Source of the DNA: a virus
Taxonomy: Duplodnaviria > Heunggongvirae > Uroviricota > Caudoviricetes
Length of the DNA: 64,000 nt
IMG/VR virus record: IMGVR_UViG_3300031413_000001
Reading direction: 5' to 3' (one strand)
A program made the position numbers and the translations under genes. Positions 54,417 to 61,963 of the stretch are shown here, in pieces (within the stretch, counting starts at the first letter, position 1; every line of letters begins with the position of its first letter). The notes under the pieces were generated by a model. It searched no databases, had not been told where the DNA came from, and saw only the letters and a program-made list of their open reading frames with translations.

Positions 54417-55676
54417 ATGAAGCGGATTCTACTTGCAATGGCCGCGCTCGCGCTGACGACGCCGGCCTTTGCTGCAATCCCCAATCCCCCGCCCCTTGAT
54501 CCCACCAAAAGTGTGGTCGATGGAGCCAACATCCTCGATGACGCGCAGGAAGCTGCTCTCGAGGCGCAGACGCGGCAGATCTACGATGCCACGCATCACC
54601 ACATCGTCGTTCTGACCACTCCCACGATGAAGGGTTACAGTGGCGTTGAGTACGGCAACAATGCCTTCCGCTACTATAAGATCGGCAACCGGACGCGAAA
54701 CGATGGCGTCCTGCTTCTGGTCAGCATGAGCAACCCACGGCGGCTCCAGATCGTTCCCGGCTATGGTCTGGAAGGTGAGCTCACGGATGCGCGGTCTGTG
54801 GAGATCACCGAGGCGATGAAGCCGGTGATGAAGTCCGGTGATTATGGGGCGGCAATCAGCCAGGGCGTCGATCAAATCGGCACGACGATCACCAAGGAAG
54901 TGGTCACGCCCCAGCAACTGGCGGCCACGGCTCCTGGTACGCAGACGGCTGTGGAAAAGGCCGAGAGCAGCGACACGTGGCTTACCATTCTGGCGATCTT
55001 CCTGGTCCTCGGTCTGGCCTGGCTGGCCTTCTACTTGTTCATCCAGCGTCCCAAGCATCTAAAGGCCAAGGCGCTTCTGCTCCGCATCAACGGTCTGATC
55101 AGCGATGGCAAGACTTATGAATACAGGGACGACCTGATCAACGCACAACTCAAGTACCAGCAGGCGCTGGAACTCGATCCCAGCAATGAGACGATCCAGT
55201 ACAAGCTCTCTTCCGTAGCGCGGGACATTCAGCGCAAAAAGGATGAGGCAATCGCGGCGGCCGCTCGTGCAGTCGAGGCAGCAAAGCCCAAGCCCAAGCC
55301 AATGGTCGTGGAGCGAGTTCGGGAAACGTTCACCAAGCCTTCGCCATCGGTTGGCAGGACGCCAACGGCAGCGCGCAACTACAGCCCGCCACCCGCTCCT
55401 CCCAAGCGCGATACTGGGCCATCAGCGGCAGCACTGGCAGCGGCTGCCGAGGAACAGCGGCGACGCGACCGAAAGCGCCAGCAGGATCGTGATGACGAGG
55501 ATCGCCGTCAGCGCCAGCGCGAGGATGATGATCGCCGGTCGCGTGATAGCTGGTCGTCCAGCAGCTCGTCGAGCAGCAGCTCAAGCTCATCGTCCAGCAA
55601 CGATTACTCCAGCCCTTCGCCCAGCTTCGACAGCGGTGGCTCCTCGGGCGGAGGTGGTGGTGGCTCCGACTGGTAA
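54417..55676 (+). CDS. TPM-domain membrane protein with TPR-like and Ser/Gly tail
   Basis: Signal peptide, VVD.ANIL, IG....NDGVLLLV, GYGLEG.LTD, TM, GGSSGGGGGGSDW end. Confidence 0.88.
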   Translation: MKRILLAMAALALTTPAFAAIPNPPPLDPTKSVVDGANILDDAQEAALEAQTRQIYDATHHHIVVLTTPTMKGYSGVEYGNNAFRYYKIGNRTRNDGVLLLVSMSNPRRLQIVPGYGLEGELTDARSVEITEAMKPVMKSGDYGAAISQGVDQIGTTITKEVVTPQQLAATAPGTQTAVEKAESSDTWLTILAIFLVLGLAWLAFYLFIQRPKHLKAKALLLRINGLISDGKTYEYRDDLINAQLKYQQALELDPSNETIQYKLSSVARDIQRKKDEAIAAAARAVEAAKPKPKPMVVERVRETFTKPSPSVGRTPTAARNYSPPPAPPKRDTGPSAAALAAAAEEQRRRDRKRQQDRDDEDRRQRQREDDDRRSRDSWSSSSSSSSSSSSSSSNDYSSPSPSFDSGGSSGGGGGGSDW

Positions 55677-55753
55677 ACAGTCAAGGAAACGTCAAGACCA
55701 AGGGGAGCAGCGAGGGTTGCTCCCCACCCATTTGAGTAACGGAAGAAGCATCT

Positions 55754-56014
55754 GTGGTCACTTTCAAAAGCACAATGAGCAACTGGTCCAACGACGGATC
55801 CACTTGGGTATGGTGCGAGGGCACGATGCGCGATCTGGAATCCGTAAAGGAACAAGTCCTTGGGCGCCAGTGGTCCGAGAAGGTGGAAGTGGGTCTAGCA
55901 GAGCCCAGCAGTGGTCGCCACGACTACGCGGGACCATTTGCTGATCGTCCCCACTACATGGCATTCGTCTTTTACTGCAAACAGGACGCCACTCTCTTCA
56001 AGCTGAGTTACTGA
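55754..56014 (+). CDS. small protein with C-terminal DATLFKL motif
   Basis: Ends QDATLFKLSY. Confidence 0.6.
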   Translation: MVTFKSTMSNWSNDGSTWVWCEGTMRDLESVKEQVLGRQWSEKVEVGLAEPSSGRHDYAGPFADRPHYMAFVFYCKQDATLFKLSY

Positions 56015-56325
56015 TGCGCTTTACCCGGATGCAAAAGGTGGACGAGCTCACGTGGATCCACATCGAAGGATCCGCGGAAGAGATCGCTAGGGCTGAGCAG
56101 TGGGTCAAGACCAGTGCGACCATGTGGGTAATGGACTATCCAGTGGTCACCAAGGCATTCCTGCCCGATGGTTCTCCCGCTAGTGGCAACATGACTTCCT
56201 TTATCTTGTCCATGATCAAGCAAGGCAAGAAGTCCTCGGTTGTCAGCAACATGACGATCATCCACGAGAAGAAGTTCTGCTTCAAAGATCCCGGTGACGC
56301 GCTCCGGTTCAAACTGTCCATGTGA
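56014..56325 (+). CDS. small protein with C-terminal DALRFKL motif
   Basis: Ends FKDPGDALRFKLSM. Confidence 0.65.
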   Translation: MRFTRMQKVDELTWIHIEGSAEEIARAEQWVKTSATMWVMDYPVVTKAFLPDGSPASGNMTSFILSMIKQGKKSSVVSNMTIIHEKKFCFKDPGDALRFKLSM

Positions 56326-56364
56326 ATAGTGACGCGCAGGGTTATGCCCGCGTAATGTCACTGC

Positions 56365-56625
56365 ATGAAGATCAAGACCTATGCCGAACCTGGTAGCACC
56401 CTTGCGTTTGCATATGGCAACGAGACCGCCCACCACTGGATTATTGACGTGGACGGCGAGGAATATGTAGAGCTGATAACGAGGCTCAAAGACACCAAGT
56501 GGAACAAACAAGTAGCTTGGTATCCCAAGTTCTTTCCCAGTGATGTCTATGGGAAGACTGATCTGGAAGCCCACATCATAGCCTACGACGATCGAGACGC
56601 GACGCTTTTACGTTTGTCGCTGTAG
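56365..56625 (+). CDS. small protein with C-terminal DATLLRL motif
   Basis: Ends DRDATLLRLSL. Confidence 0.6.
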   Translation: MKIKTYAEPGSTLAFAYGNETAHHWIIDVDGEEYVELITRLKDTKWNKQVAWYPKFFPSDVYGKTDLEAHIIAYDDRDATLLRLSL

Positions 56626-56633
56626 GAGGCTCG

Positions 56634-57263
56634 ATGGAAACTCAGTTTACAAAGAAGATCTATTACAAGAAGTATGACCACCGCCTGGTCATCAATGCTA
56701 GGACTTGTGGCTACCGGGAACCAGTAATCAAGCCAACCGCTGAAACAGTGGAGTGGCTGCTGAATAAGCGTTTTCCTGACGGCGGATGGCGCACGGTAAG
56801 CACCTACAGCTATGTTCACAAGAGCCAGCAATGCTCAGTGTTCTTCAAGGATCCAGTGGTCTTTGAATACTTGAAGGAACAAGTTGGTGAGGACTTTATC
56901 AGTGTACTGGAAAAGCCACTGAGTGCAGAGCACACGCAGATGCTGGAAAGCAACGACAAGCTGATCACTCGAAAGCAACTGTTCTACAGCAAGTATAGGA
57001 TGTGCCTACGAGTAAGCCACACTCGCCTAAGCTACTGGCAGACCAGCAGCGAGAACGTTCGTGAGATGCAGGCTTGGTGCAAGGAACAGTTTGGCGACGA
57101 CCAGGAACGCTGCATGATGAGCGGCTGGTCGCGCGGTAACTTTTACTTCAAGGACCCCAAGGACGCCCTACTGTTCAAGCTGACTTGGGGTGGGCAGGAT
57201 GTCAAGACCGAACGTGTTATCACTGTTGCGGAACTTGAAGCAGCGAAGGTTTCAGAGGCCTGA
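56634..57263 (+). CDS. protein with duplicated domain and DALLFKL motif
   Basis: K..Y.KY...FKDP twice; FKDPKDALLFKLTWG. Confidence 0.7.
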   Translation: METQFTKKIYYKKYDHRLVINARTCGYREPVIKPTAETVEWLLNKRFPDGGWRTVSTYSYVHKSQQCSVFFKDPVVFEYLKEQVGEDFISVLEKPLSAEHTQMLESNDKLITRKQLFYSKYRMCLRVSHTRLSYWQTSSENVREMQAWCKEQFGDDQERCMMSGWSRGNFYFKDPKDALLFKLTWGGQDVKTERVITVAELEAAKVSEA

Positions 57264-57506
57264 CATACGCCTCATGATCACGGTGTCCTCGGGAAACAGC
57301 CCGAGGACGTCCGTCTCGACTACTTGATAACGCTCTTGCAGCCTTGCATACTCGGGCAGCTTGGCACGTTCATCGGCACGATCCTTGGCCGTGTTGACGT
57401 CCTTTAAGCTGGCATAAACGCCCTTGAACTCTGTGATGCGATCGGGTTCATTGAACGGATGGCTGTAGTCTTCTAGATAGTGGCGGAGGAGTACGAACAC
57501 CTTCAT
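57252..57506 (-). CDS. hypothetical protein
   Basis: MKVFVL...GVYAS pattern. Confidence 0.6.
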   Translation of the reverse strand: MKVFVLLRHYLEDYSHPFNEPDRITEFKGVYASLKDVNTAKDRADERAKLPEYARLQERYQVVETDVLGLFPEDTVIMRRMSGL

Positions 57507-57637
57507 GCGTTCAACTCCTCTTCCAACTGGTCAGCGGCTTCCGACCATGCACGACCAGCGCCACTGTCGCCAATGCTCCAGCTATAATCGGACTGCTCAC
57601 GCCACTTGGTGATCAGAGCTTTGATCTGCTCCTCCAT
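57503..57637 (-). CDS. 44-aa hypothetical protein (not in ORF track)
   Basis: TAATG and ATGA coupling on both sides. Confidence 0.55.
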   Translation of the reverse strand: MEEQIKALITKWREQSDYSWSIGDSGAGRAWSEAADQLEEELNA

Positions 57638-57885
57638 TAACGGCGACCCGTGAGGTTTTTGTTTGCCAGTCGGCGGAGTTCCGCGAGATCCCCGGACGCG
57701 CTTGCAGCGCGCACCTCACGGCGATGGGTGTTTTCCTTGATGGAAACTCGGCGGCGATTGTCGACCCCAACTGCTCGGGCAGCTTCGTTCATTACGCGGA
57801 TGAGACCCTCACCGTCGAGCGTGGGGTCACACATGCGATCCACCATCGACTTCATCTCTTCCATGCTGATAAGACGCGCTGCCAT
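57637..57885 (-). CDS. hypothetical protein
   Basis: AGGAGATCG RBS; conserved promoter 57918-57948. Confidence 0.65.
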   Translation of the reverse strand: MAARLISMEEMKSMVDRMCDPTLDGEGLIRVMNEAARAVGVDNRRRVSIKENTHRREVRAASASGDLAELRRLANKNLTGRR

Positions 57886-57948
57886 TTTCGATCTCCTGCT
57901 CAACTCGTATTTCTGTCCTAGCAGAACTGGACACGCTGTCAACCAGTT

Positions 57949-58659
57949 TTAGAATTCTTTGGTGACACCTAAAACGAATTCAACCGCTGGAGTCTGACGT
58001 GTTAGACCAATGTTGGCATTGATATCAAACTCCACACTTTTGGATGCCGTGTAGGCGAGAGTGAAATCTGCACTGCTCTGCGTCTCACCCCGTTGATGCT
58101 GGATCATGTATTCCACAGTACCACTAATGGGTCCGTGGAGTATCTGGTTGACACCTAGAAATGTGCCTCCCAGCAGATACTGGCCCTTGACCGCATAGGG
58201 CGTAAGATAAAACTGCGTCCGGGGAGTGATATCGTAGGTGCTCCCAAAGGCAATTCCGGGAATCAATCGACCAGCGGAAAGCTTCGAGGAGCCCGTTGGC
58301 AACTGAATACTGGGCTGGACTGCTAGGCTGAAGTCACCTTCTACAAGACGCTTCCGGTAGCTTAGGCGGAGATCACCACGGCCCTGAGCAAAGCTCTTAC
58401 GTACCATGGGGCTCATGGCCAGCTGAACTTCCGATGTGTCATCTAGACCCAGCCGGACAACCGCATCAGCAATCAAACGGGTATCATCGGCATCCTGGAA
58501 CCAGTCAAGGAGACCAATCTCAACTTGAATGTGTCCGGGATCAACGGTGCAGGGCTGAAACGCCCCACGATCGGGACAAAGTGGCTTGAGTTCCTGTGCG
58601 GCCACTGGGCTCGCAAGGAACGTGCCGGTTATGAAAAGTAGTCGCGAAATGCTTGCCAT
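57949..58659 (-). CDS. outer-membrane beta-barrel (MetA-pathway-of-phenol-degradation-like transporter)
   Basis: Signal peptide, LCPDR...PCTVDPGH.QVE.G, LPTGS, C-terminal F. Confidence 0.75.
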   Translation of the reverse strand: MASISRLLFITGTFLASPVAAQELKPLCPDRGAFQPCTVDPGHIQVEIGLLDWFQDADDTRLIADAVVRLGLDDTSEVQLAMSPMVRKSFAQGRGDLRLSYRKRLVEGDFSLAVQPSIQLPTGSSKLSAGRLIPGIAFGSTYDITPRTQFYLTPYAVKGQYLLGGTFLGVNQILHGPISGTVEYMIQHQRGETQSSADFTLAYTASKSVEFDINANIGLTRQTPAVEFVLGVTKEF

Positions 58660-58844
58660 GAACAAACCGCGATCCAGCTGACCAATGCCAGGGCGATGAA
58701 CACCACACCAAGGTAGGCCATCCAGACAATCAGCTTTCCGATGAGCATGATGATACCAATGAGGAGGGCGAGGCCTACGACTACAAAGGTACACACAATG
58801 CAGATTGCGACGAATAAGAAAGCAAGTCCCACGAAAGCGTCCAC
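58629..58844 (-). CDS. small hydrophobic membrane protein
   Basis: Almost entirely hydrophobic. Confidence 0.55.
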   Translation of the reverse strand: MDAFVGLAFLFVAICIVCTFVVVGLALLIGIIMLIGKLIVWMAYLGVVFIALALVSWIAVCSWQAFRDYFS

Positions 58845-58845
58845 A

Positions 58846-59280
58846 TCAAATCTCCGACAACTGATGCACCATTGCTACCAGTCGATCATTGCCCGGCCGG
58901 GGTCCCTGGCTTTCAGAGAACGGCTCAAAGGCTTTGAACTTACTATGCAGTATCTGACCCATGCTGTCACGTTTTATGAACGCCATGATCTTCACTGGAC
59001 CCCACTTGTTGGTCTTCATGTAGCGCATCATAGGATCCAGCGTGTAGCCTTCACCAGCGGGTTCAAAAGCGTTGTCGGTGTAGTCCTTCCGATCGTAGAA
59101 CTTTTCCAGGAACACCGTGTGGAGAAGCGTCTCTTCCTGGCGGCCCTTTTGAATTACACGACCCAGAAAGCTACGAATCTCGGGCCGCACCGGTATTACT
59201 TTGGTCCAGCACTGGATTCCTTCATTGACGCGCTCGCAATGTAGAACACCGCGATGGTCTTGGAATACAGCCCACACCAT
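58846..59280 (-). CDS. hypothetical protein
   Basis: SD GAGGA. Confidence 0.6.
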   Translation of the reverse strand: MVWAVFQDHRGVLHCERVNEGIQCWTKVIPVRPEIRSFLGRVIQKGRQEETLLHTVFLEKFYDRKDYTDNAFEPAGEGYTLDPMMRYMKTNKWGPVKIMAFIKRDSMGQILHSKFKAFEPFSESQGPRPGNDRLVAMVHQLSEI

Positions 59281-59281
59281 T

Positions 59282-59446
59282 TTATTCCTCGATCCGCCAG
59301 TTGACAACGGGGTCCAGGAGACTGGCCGTTGCAGTGCTGATTGCCGCTGCCCGTGCGATGGGATCCTGCGTGGCATCGAACTCGATGGGGAAAGTATGTT
59401 CTTTCCGATGACGACCCTTTTTGGTCACCATGATCAGCTTTGCCAT
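59282..59446 (-). CDS. hypothetical protein
   Basis: SD AGGAG. Confidence 0.55.
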   Translation of the reverse strand: MAKLIMVTKKGRHRKEHTFPIEFDATQDPIARAAAISTATASLLDPVVNWRIEE

Positions 59447-59500
59447 CACGTTTCTCCTATGCAGGGGGAGGGGAGAGGAGATCATCCCCTCCCCCGCCGA

Positions 59501-59818
59501 TCAGTTTGCGGTGACCGAAGCTGCGATGTTCTCGGTGCTCGGCACGACATCGTACCAGCCATACTTGGGGTTCGCCAGTGCGACCTTGCTGCCGGCTTCC
59601 AGGTGACCAGCGAATGCCGACCGCAGACCGAGCCGACGACCGTTGCCCTTGACCGAGAGATTGGCGACCTGCTCGTCCTTGGGGAGATTCACTAGCGAGG
59701 TGCGATCGGTGAAGCGAATCTGCAGAGTCTCACCGCGCATCCGAATCCGAGCCTTGGTAGCCGAACCGACGAGTGCCAGGGTTGCTGCTGCATTGATGTT
59801 CAGATTCTTGTAGGACAC
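59501..59818 (-). CDS. KYGW-family small protein (paralogue 3)
   Basis: IRFTDR..VNLPK.E...KYGWY; AGGAGATCG RBS. Confidence 0.75.
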   Translation of the reverse strand: MSYKNLNINAAATLALVGSATKARIRMRGETLQIRFTDRTSLVNLPKDEQVANLSVKGNGRRLGLRSAFAGHLEAGSKVALANPKYGWYDVVPSTENIAASVTAN

Positions 59819-59954
59819 GATTTCGATCTCCTCGTTATGCCCAGGACAACTGCTGCCCTGTCCTCAACACACCTAATGCCGTCCTGGTTTACGTCAACCG
59901 CTTTTTTCACACCAGGAAATTTTTGTTCACTAAATAGAGCAAGAGGAGAAACCG

Positions 59955-60485
59955 ATGGACAATCTCGAGAACACCGCAAAGGCCGTTGCAGGCTTGAGCG
60001 AAGAACTGGCCGAGACGATCCGCGCCTGTGCGGTAACCAAGATCTTGGACCGTATCGGGGAACTCCCAGACGAGCACTTCCTACATATCGCAGCCCTGGC
60101 ATCACAGATCTGCGAAACGCCCGTCGCGGCCGTCAGCTTGATTGATGACGAACGTACAATCTACAAAGCACTTCTAACGGGCAGTCCCAACCCCGATCTT
60201 CGCTATTGTCGCGAGGAAACGTTCTGCAACCTGTTGACGAGAAGCCCCGACCAGCCCGTGATCATCTATGATGCACAAGCGGACTCACAGGTCTGCGGGC
60301 TTCCATTCGTCGATGGAACCTACGATTATCTGAGATTTTATTCTGGATTGTCGCTGACGACGAGCGAGGGATACAGCGTGGGCACCATTTGCGTTGCCGA
60401 CCGTATCCCTCGTAGGTTGCGAAAAGATCAGGAAGCCGCGTTGTATCGGCTTCGTGACCTAACGCTAAAGCTGATGGGCGTTTAA
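59955..60485 (+). CDS. stand-alone GAF-domain protein
   Basis: LA..IC.TP.A.VSLID..R, REETFC, RFY.G..L....G..VGTICV.D..PR. Confidence 0.85.
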   Translation: MDNLENTAKAVAGLSEELAETIRACAVTKILDRIGELPDEHFLHIAALASQICETPVAAVSLIDDERTIYKALLTGSPNPDLRYCREETFCNLLTRSPDQPVIIYDAQADSQVCGLPFVDGTYDYLRFYSGLSLTTSEGYSVGTICVADRIPRRLRKDQEAALYRLRDLTLKLMGV

Positions 60486-60850
60486 GCCATCATCAGCAGT
60501 TCTTCGGTCTCCTGACGAATATCCGAAGTCATCATGCGGGCCAGCGCGTGAAGGTAGCCAAAGCGCGCAGCCTGGCGCCACGCATCATTGACATCCAGAC
60601 GAACCGGAAACACCTTGACCGCGTCGGCGGCCGTCAGGTCGTTATCCTCGGCGTCGAGACCATCACCGTTGAAAACCAGGAACTCCGTGGGAACAGTCGG
60701 ACCAGCCGGCTGGCAGACCGTAACGAGAATCTCGCCACCGCACTTGATCTGGAGCATGTTCTCGCAGTCGTGCGTTTCGGTCGTCAGCGCATAGTTGCGG
60801 CGTGCAATTTCGTTCTGCGTGTTCTGGTAGTCGTTTGCTGCGATGGACAT
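60482..60850 (-). CDS. hypothetical protein
   Basis: SD AGGAG. Confidence 0.65.
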   Translation of the reverse strand: MSIAANDYQNTQNEIARRNYALTTETHDCENMLQIKCGGEILVTVCQPAGPTVPTEFLVFNGDGLDAEDNDLTAADAVKVFPVRLDVNDAWRQAARFGYLHALARMMTSDIRQETEELLMMA

Positions 60851-60917
60851 TTGGTGTCTCCTGTCTGCGTTTCCAATACTTCCTATAAAGAGGAGTAATT
60901 GGTACGTCAACCAGGAT

Positions 60918-61364
60918 TTACTCTTTTCCGTCGAGAATATTCCGCACCCTCTGTGCCAGCTCTTCAACCTGATAGGGCTTAGCCAACATGCTGAAGCCAT
61001 CCTGGTTCTTGCTGCCGTCGAGCATGCCTGCTCCGTATCCGCTGCAAAGCAGGATCTTGACGTCCGGCATCACTTCCATGACTTTCCGCGCAAGTTCCAC
61101 GCCATTCATACCACCCGGCAACACAATGTCGCAGCACATGATAGCAGGCTTGAAACCGCCGACCAGCTTTTGGATGGCCTCATTGGCGTTCAGGGCGCCC
61201 TTGACCGTATAGCCATAATCCTCGAGAACGTCCATTGCGAACTCAAGGATCATGGGCTCGTCATCAACGATCATGACGTTTTCGGTGCCCGTGTTGGGCT
61301 TCTTTGTTTCTGCTTTGGCGGCAAGCTGCTGGAGCCCAGCCGCAATACTGGTTAGGTCGTCCAT
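60918..61364 (-). CDS. single-domain response regulator receiver
   Basis: IVDDE, phospho-acceptor D in CDIVLPGGMNG, SGY, KPY. Confidence 0.9.
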   Translation of the reverse strand: MDDLTSIAAGLQQLAAKAETKKPNTGTENVMIVDDEPMILEFAMDVLEDYGYTVKGALNANEAIQKLVGGFKPAIMCCDIVLPGGMNGVELARKVMEVMPDVKILLCSGYGAGMLDGSKNQDGFSMLAKPYQVEELAQRVRNILDGKE

Positions 61365-61453
61365 TCTCAATCCCCTAGGAGTTAACCCATTATGGTACAA
61401 CTCCGCTCAACAATCAATAACTGTTGTACTTAGCGGATTGAGAATGTTGCGGT

Positions 61454-61900
61454 TTACCGCTTAGAACGAGGACGAGGGGGAGTCGGAATGTATGTCGATC
61501 CCCCCATTTTGGGATGAGTATAACCATTAGGAGTGAATGGGGGGATCTTTGCAGCTTCTTGAGCAATAAAGGCCGCACGACCGGCCTGTGCCCACCCAAT
61601 GTAAGCATCCCAGACGCTTTGCACCAGGTTGTTGGTTGCCTGTCGAAGCGACACCGGCTCGTCGGAAAAGCCCAGTGCCTCGAGGACGAACTGGTCACGA
61701 ACCCTGTCGAGCATCTCGAAGAAATCGTCCTGTGTCCGGGTCGTCTTATCCGAGATCAGCTTGGCGTTGTCGTCAGCACCCTGTGCGGTTGCGCGAATCA
61801 GGTACTCGGCTTCCGGGCCCATGCCGTTGAACTGTTTGCCCGATGCAAGGATGCGGATCATGTAGTCTGCGGCGTAGATCTTCGTCTGGTCAATGTCCAC
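61454..61900 (-). CDS. hypothetical protein
   Basis: SD AGGAG after conserved promoter. Confidence 0.65.
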   Translation of the reverse strand: MDIDQTKIYAADYMIRILASGKQFNGMGPEAEYLIRATAQGADDNAKLISDKTTRTQDDFFEMLDRVRDQFVLEALGFSDEPVSLRQATNNLVQSVWDAYIGWAQAGRAAFIAQEAAKIPPFTPNGYTHPKMGGSTYIPTPPRPRSKR

Positions 61901-61924
61901 GTGCTGTCTCCTGTTTGCCTATAA

Positions 61925-61960
61925 ACCAGAGTTAGCACCATGGGACTGCACGTCAACCGC
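61925..61960 (-). promoter_or_regulatory. conserved phage promoter
   Basis: GCGGTTGAC-N14-TGCTAACTCTGGT. Confidence 0.65.
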
Positions 61961-61963
61961 TTT

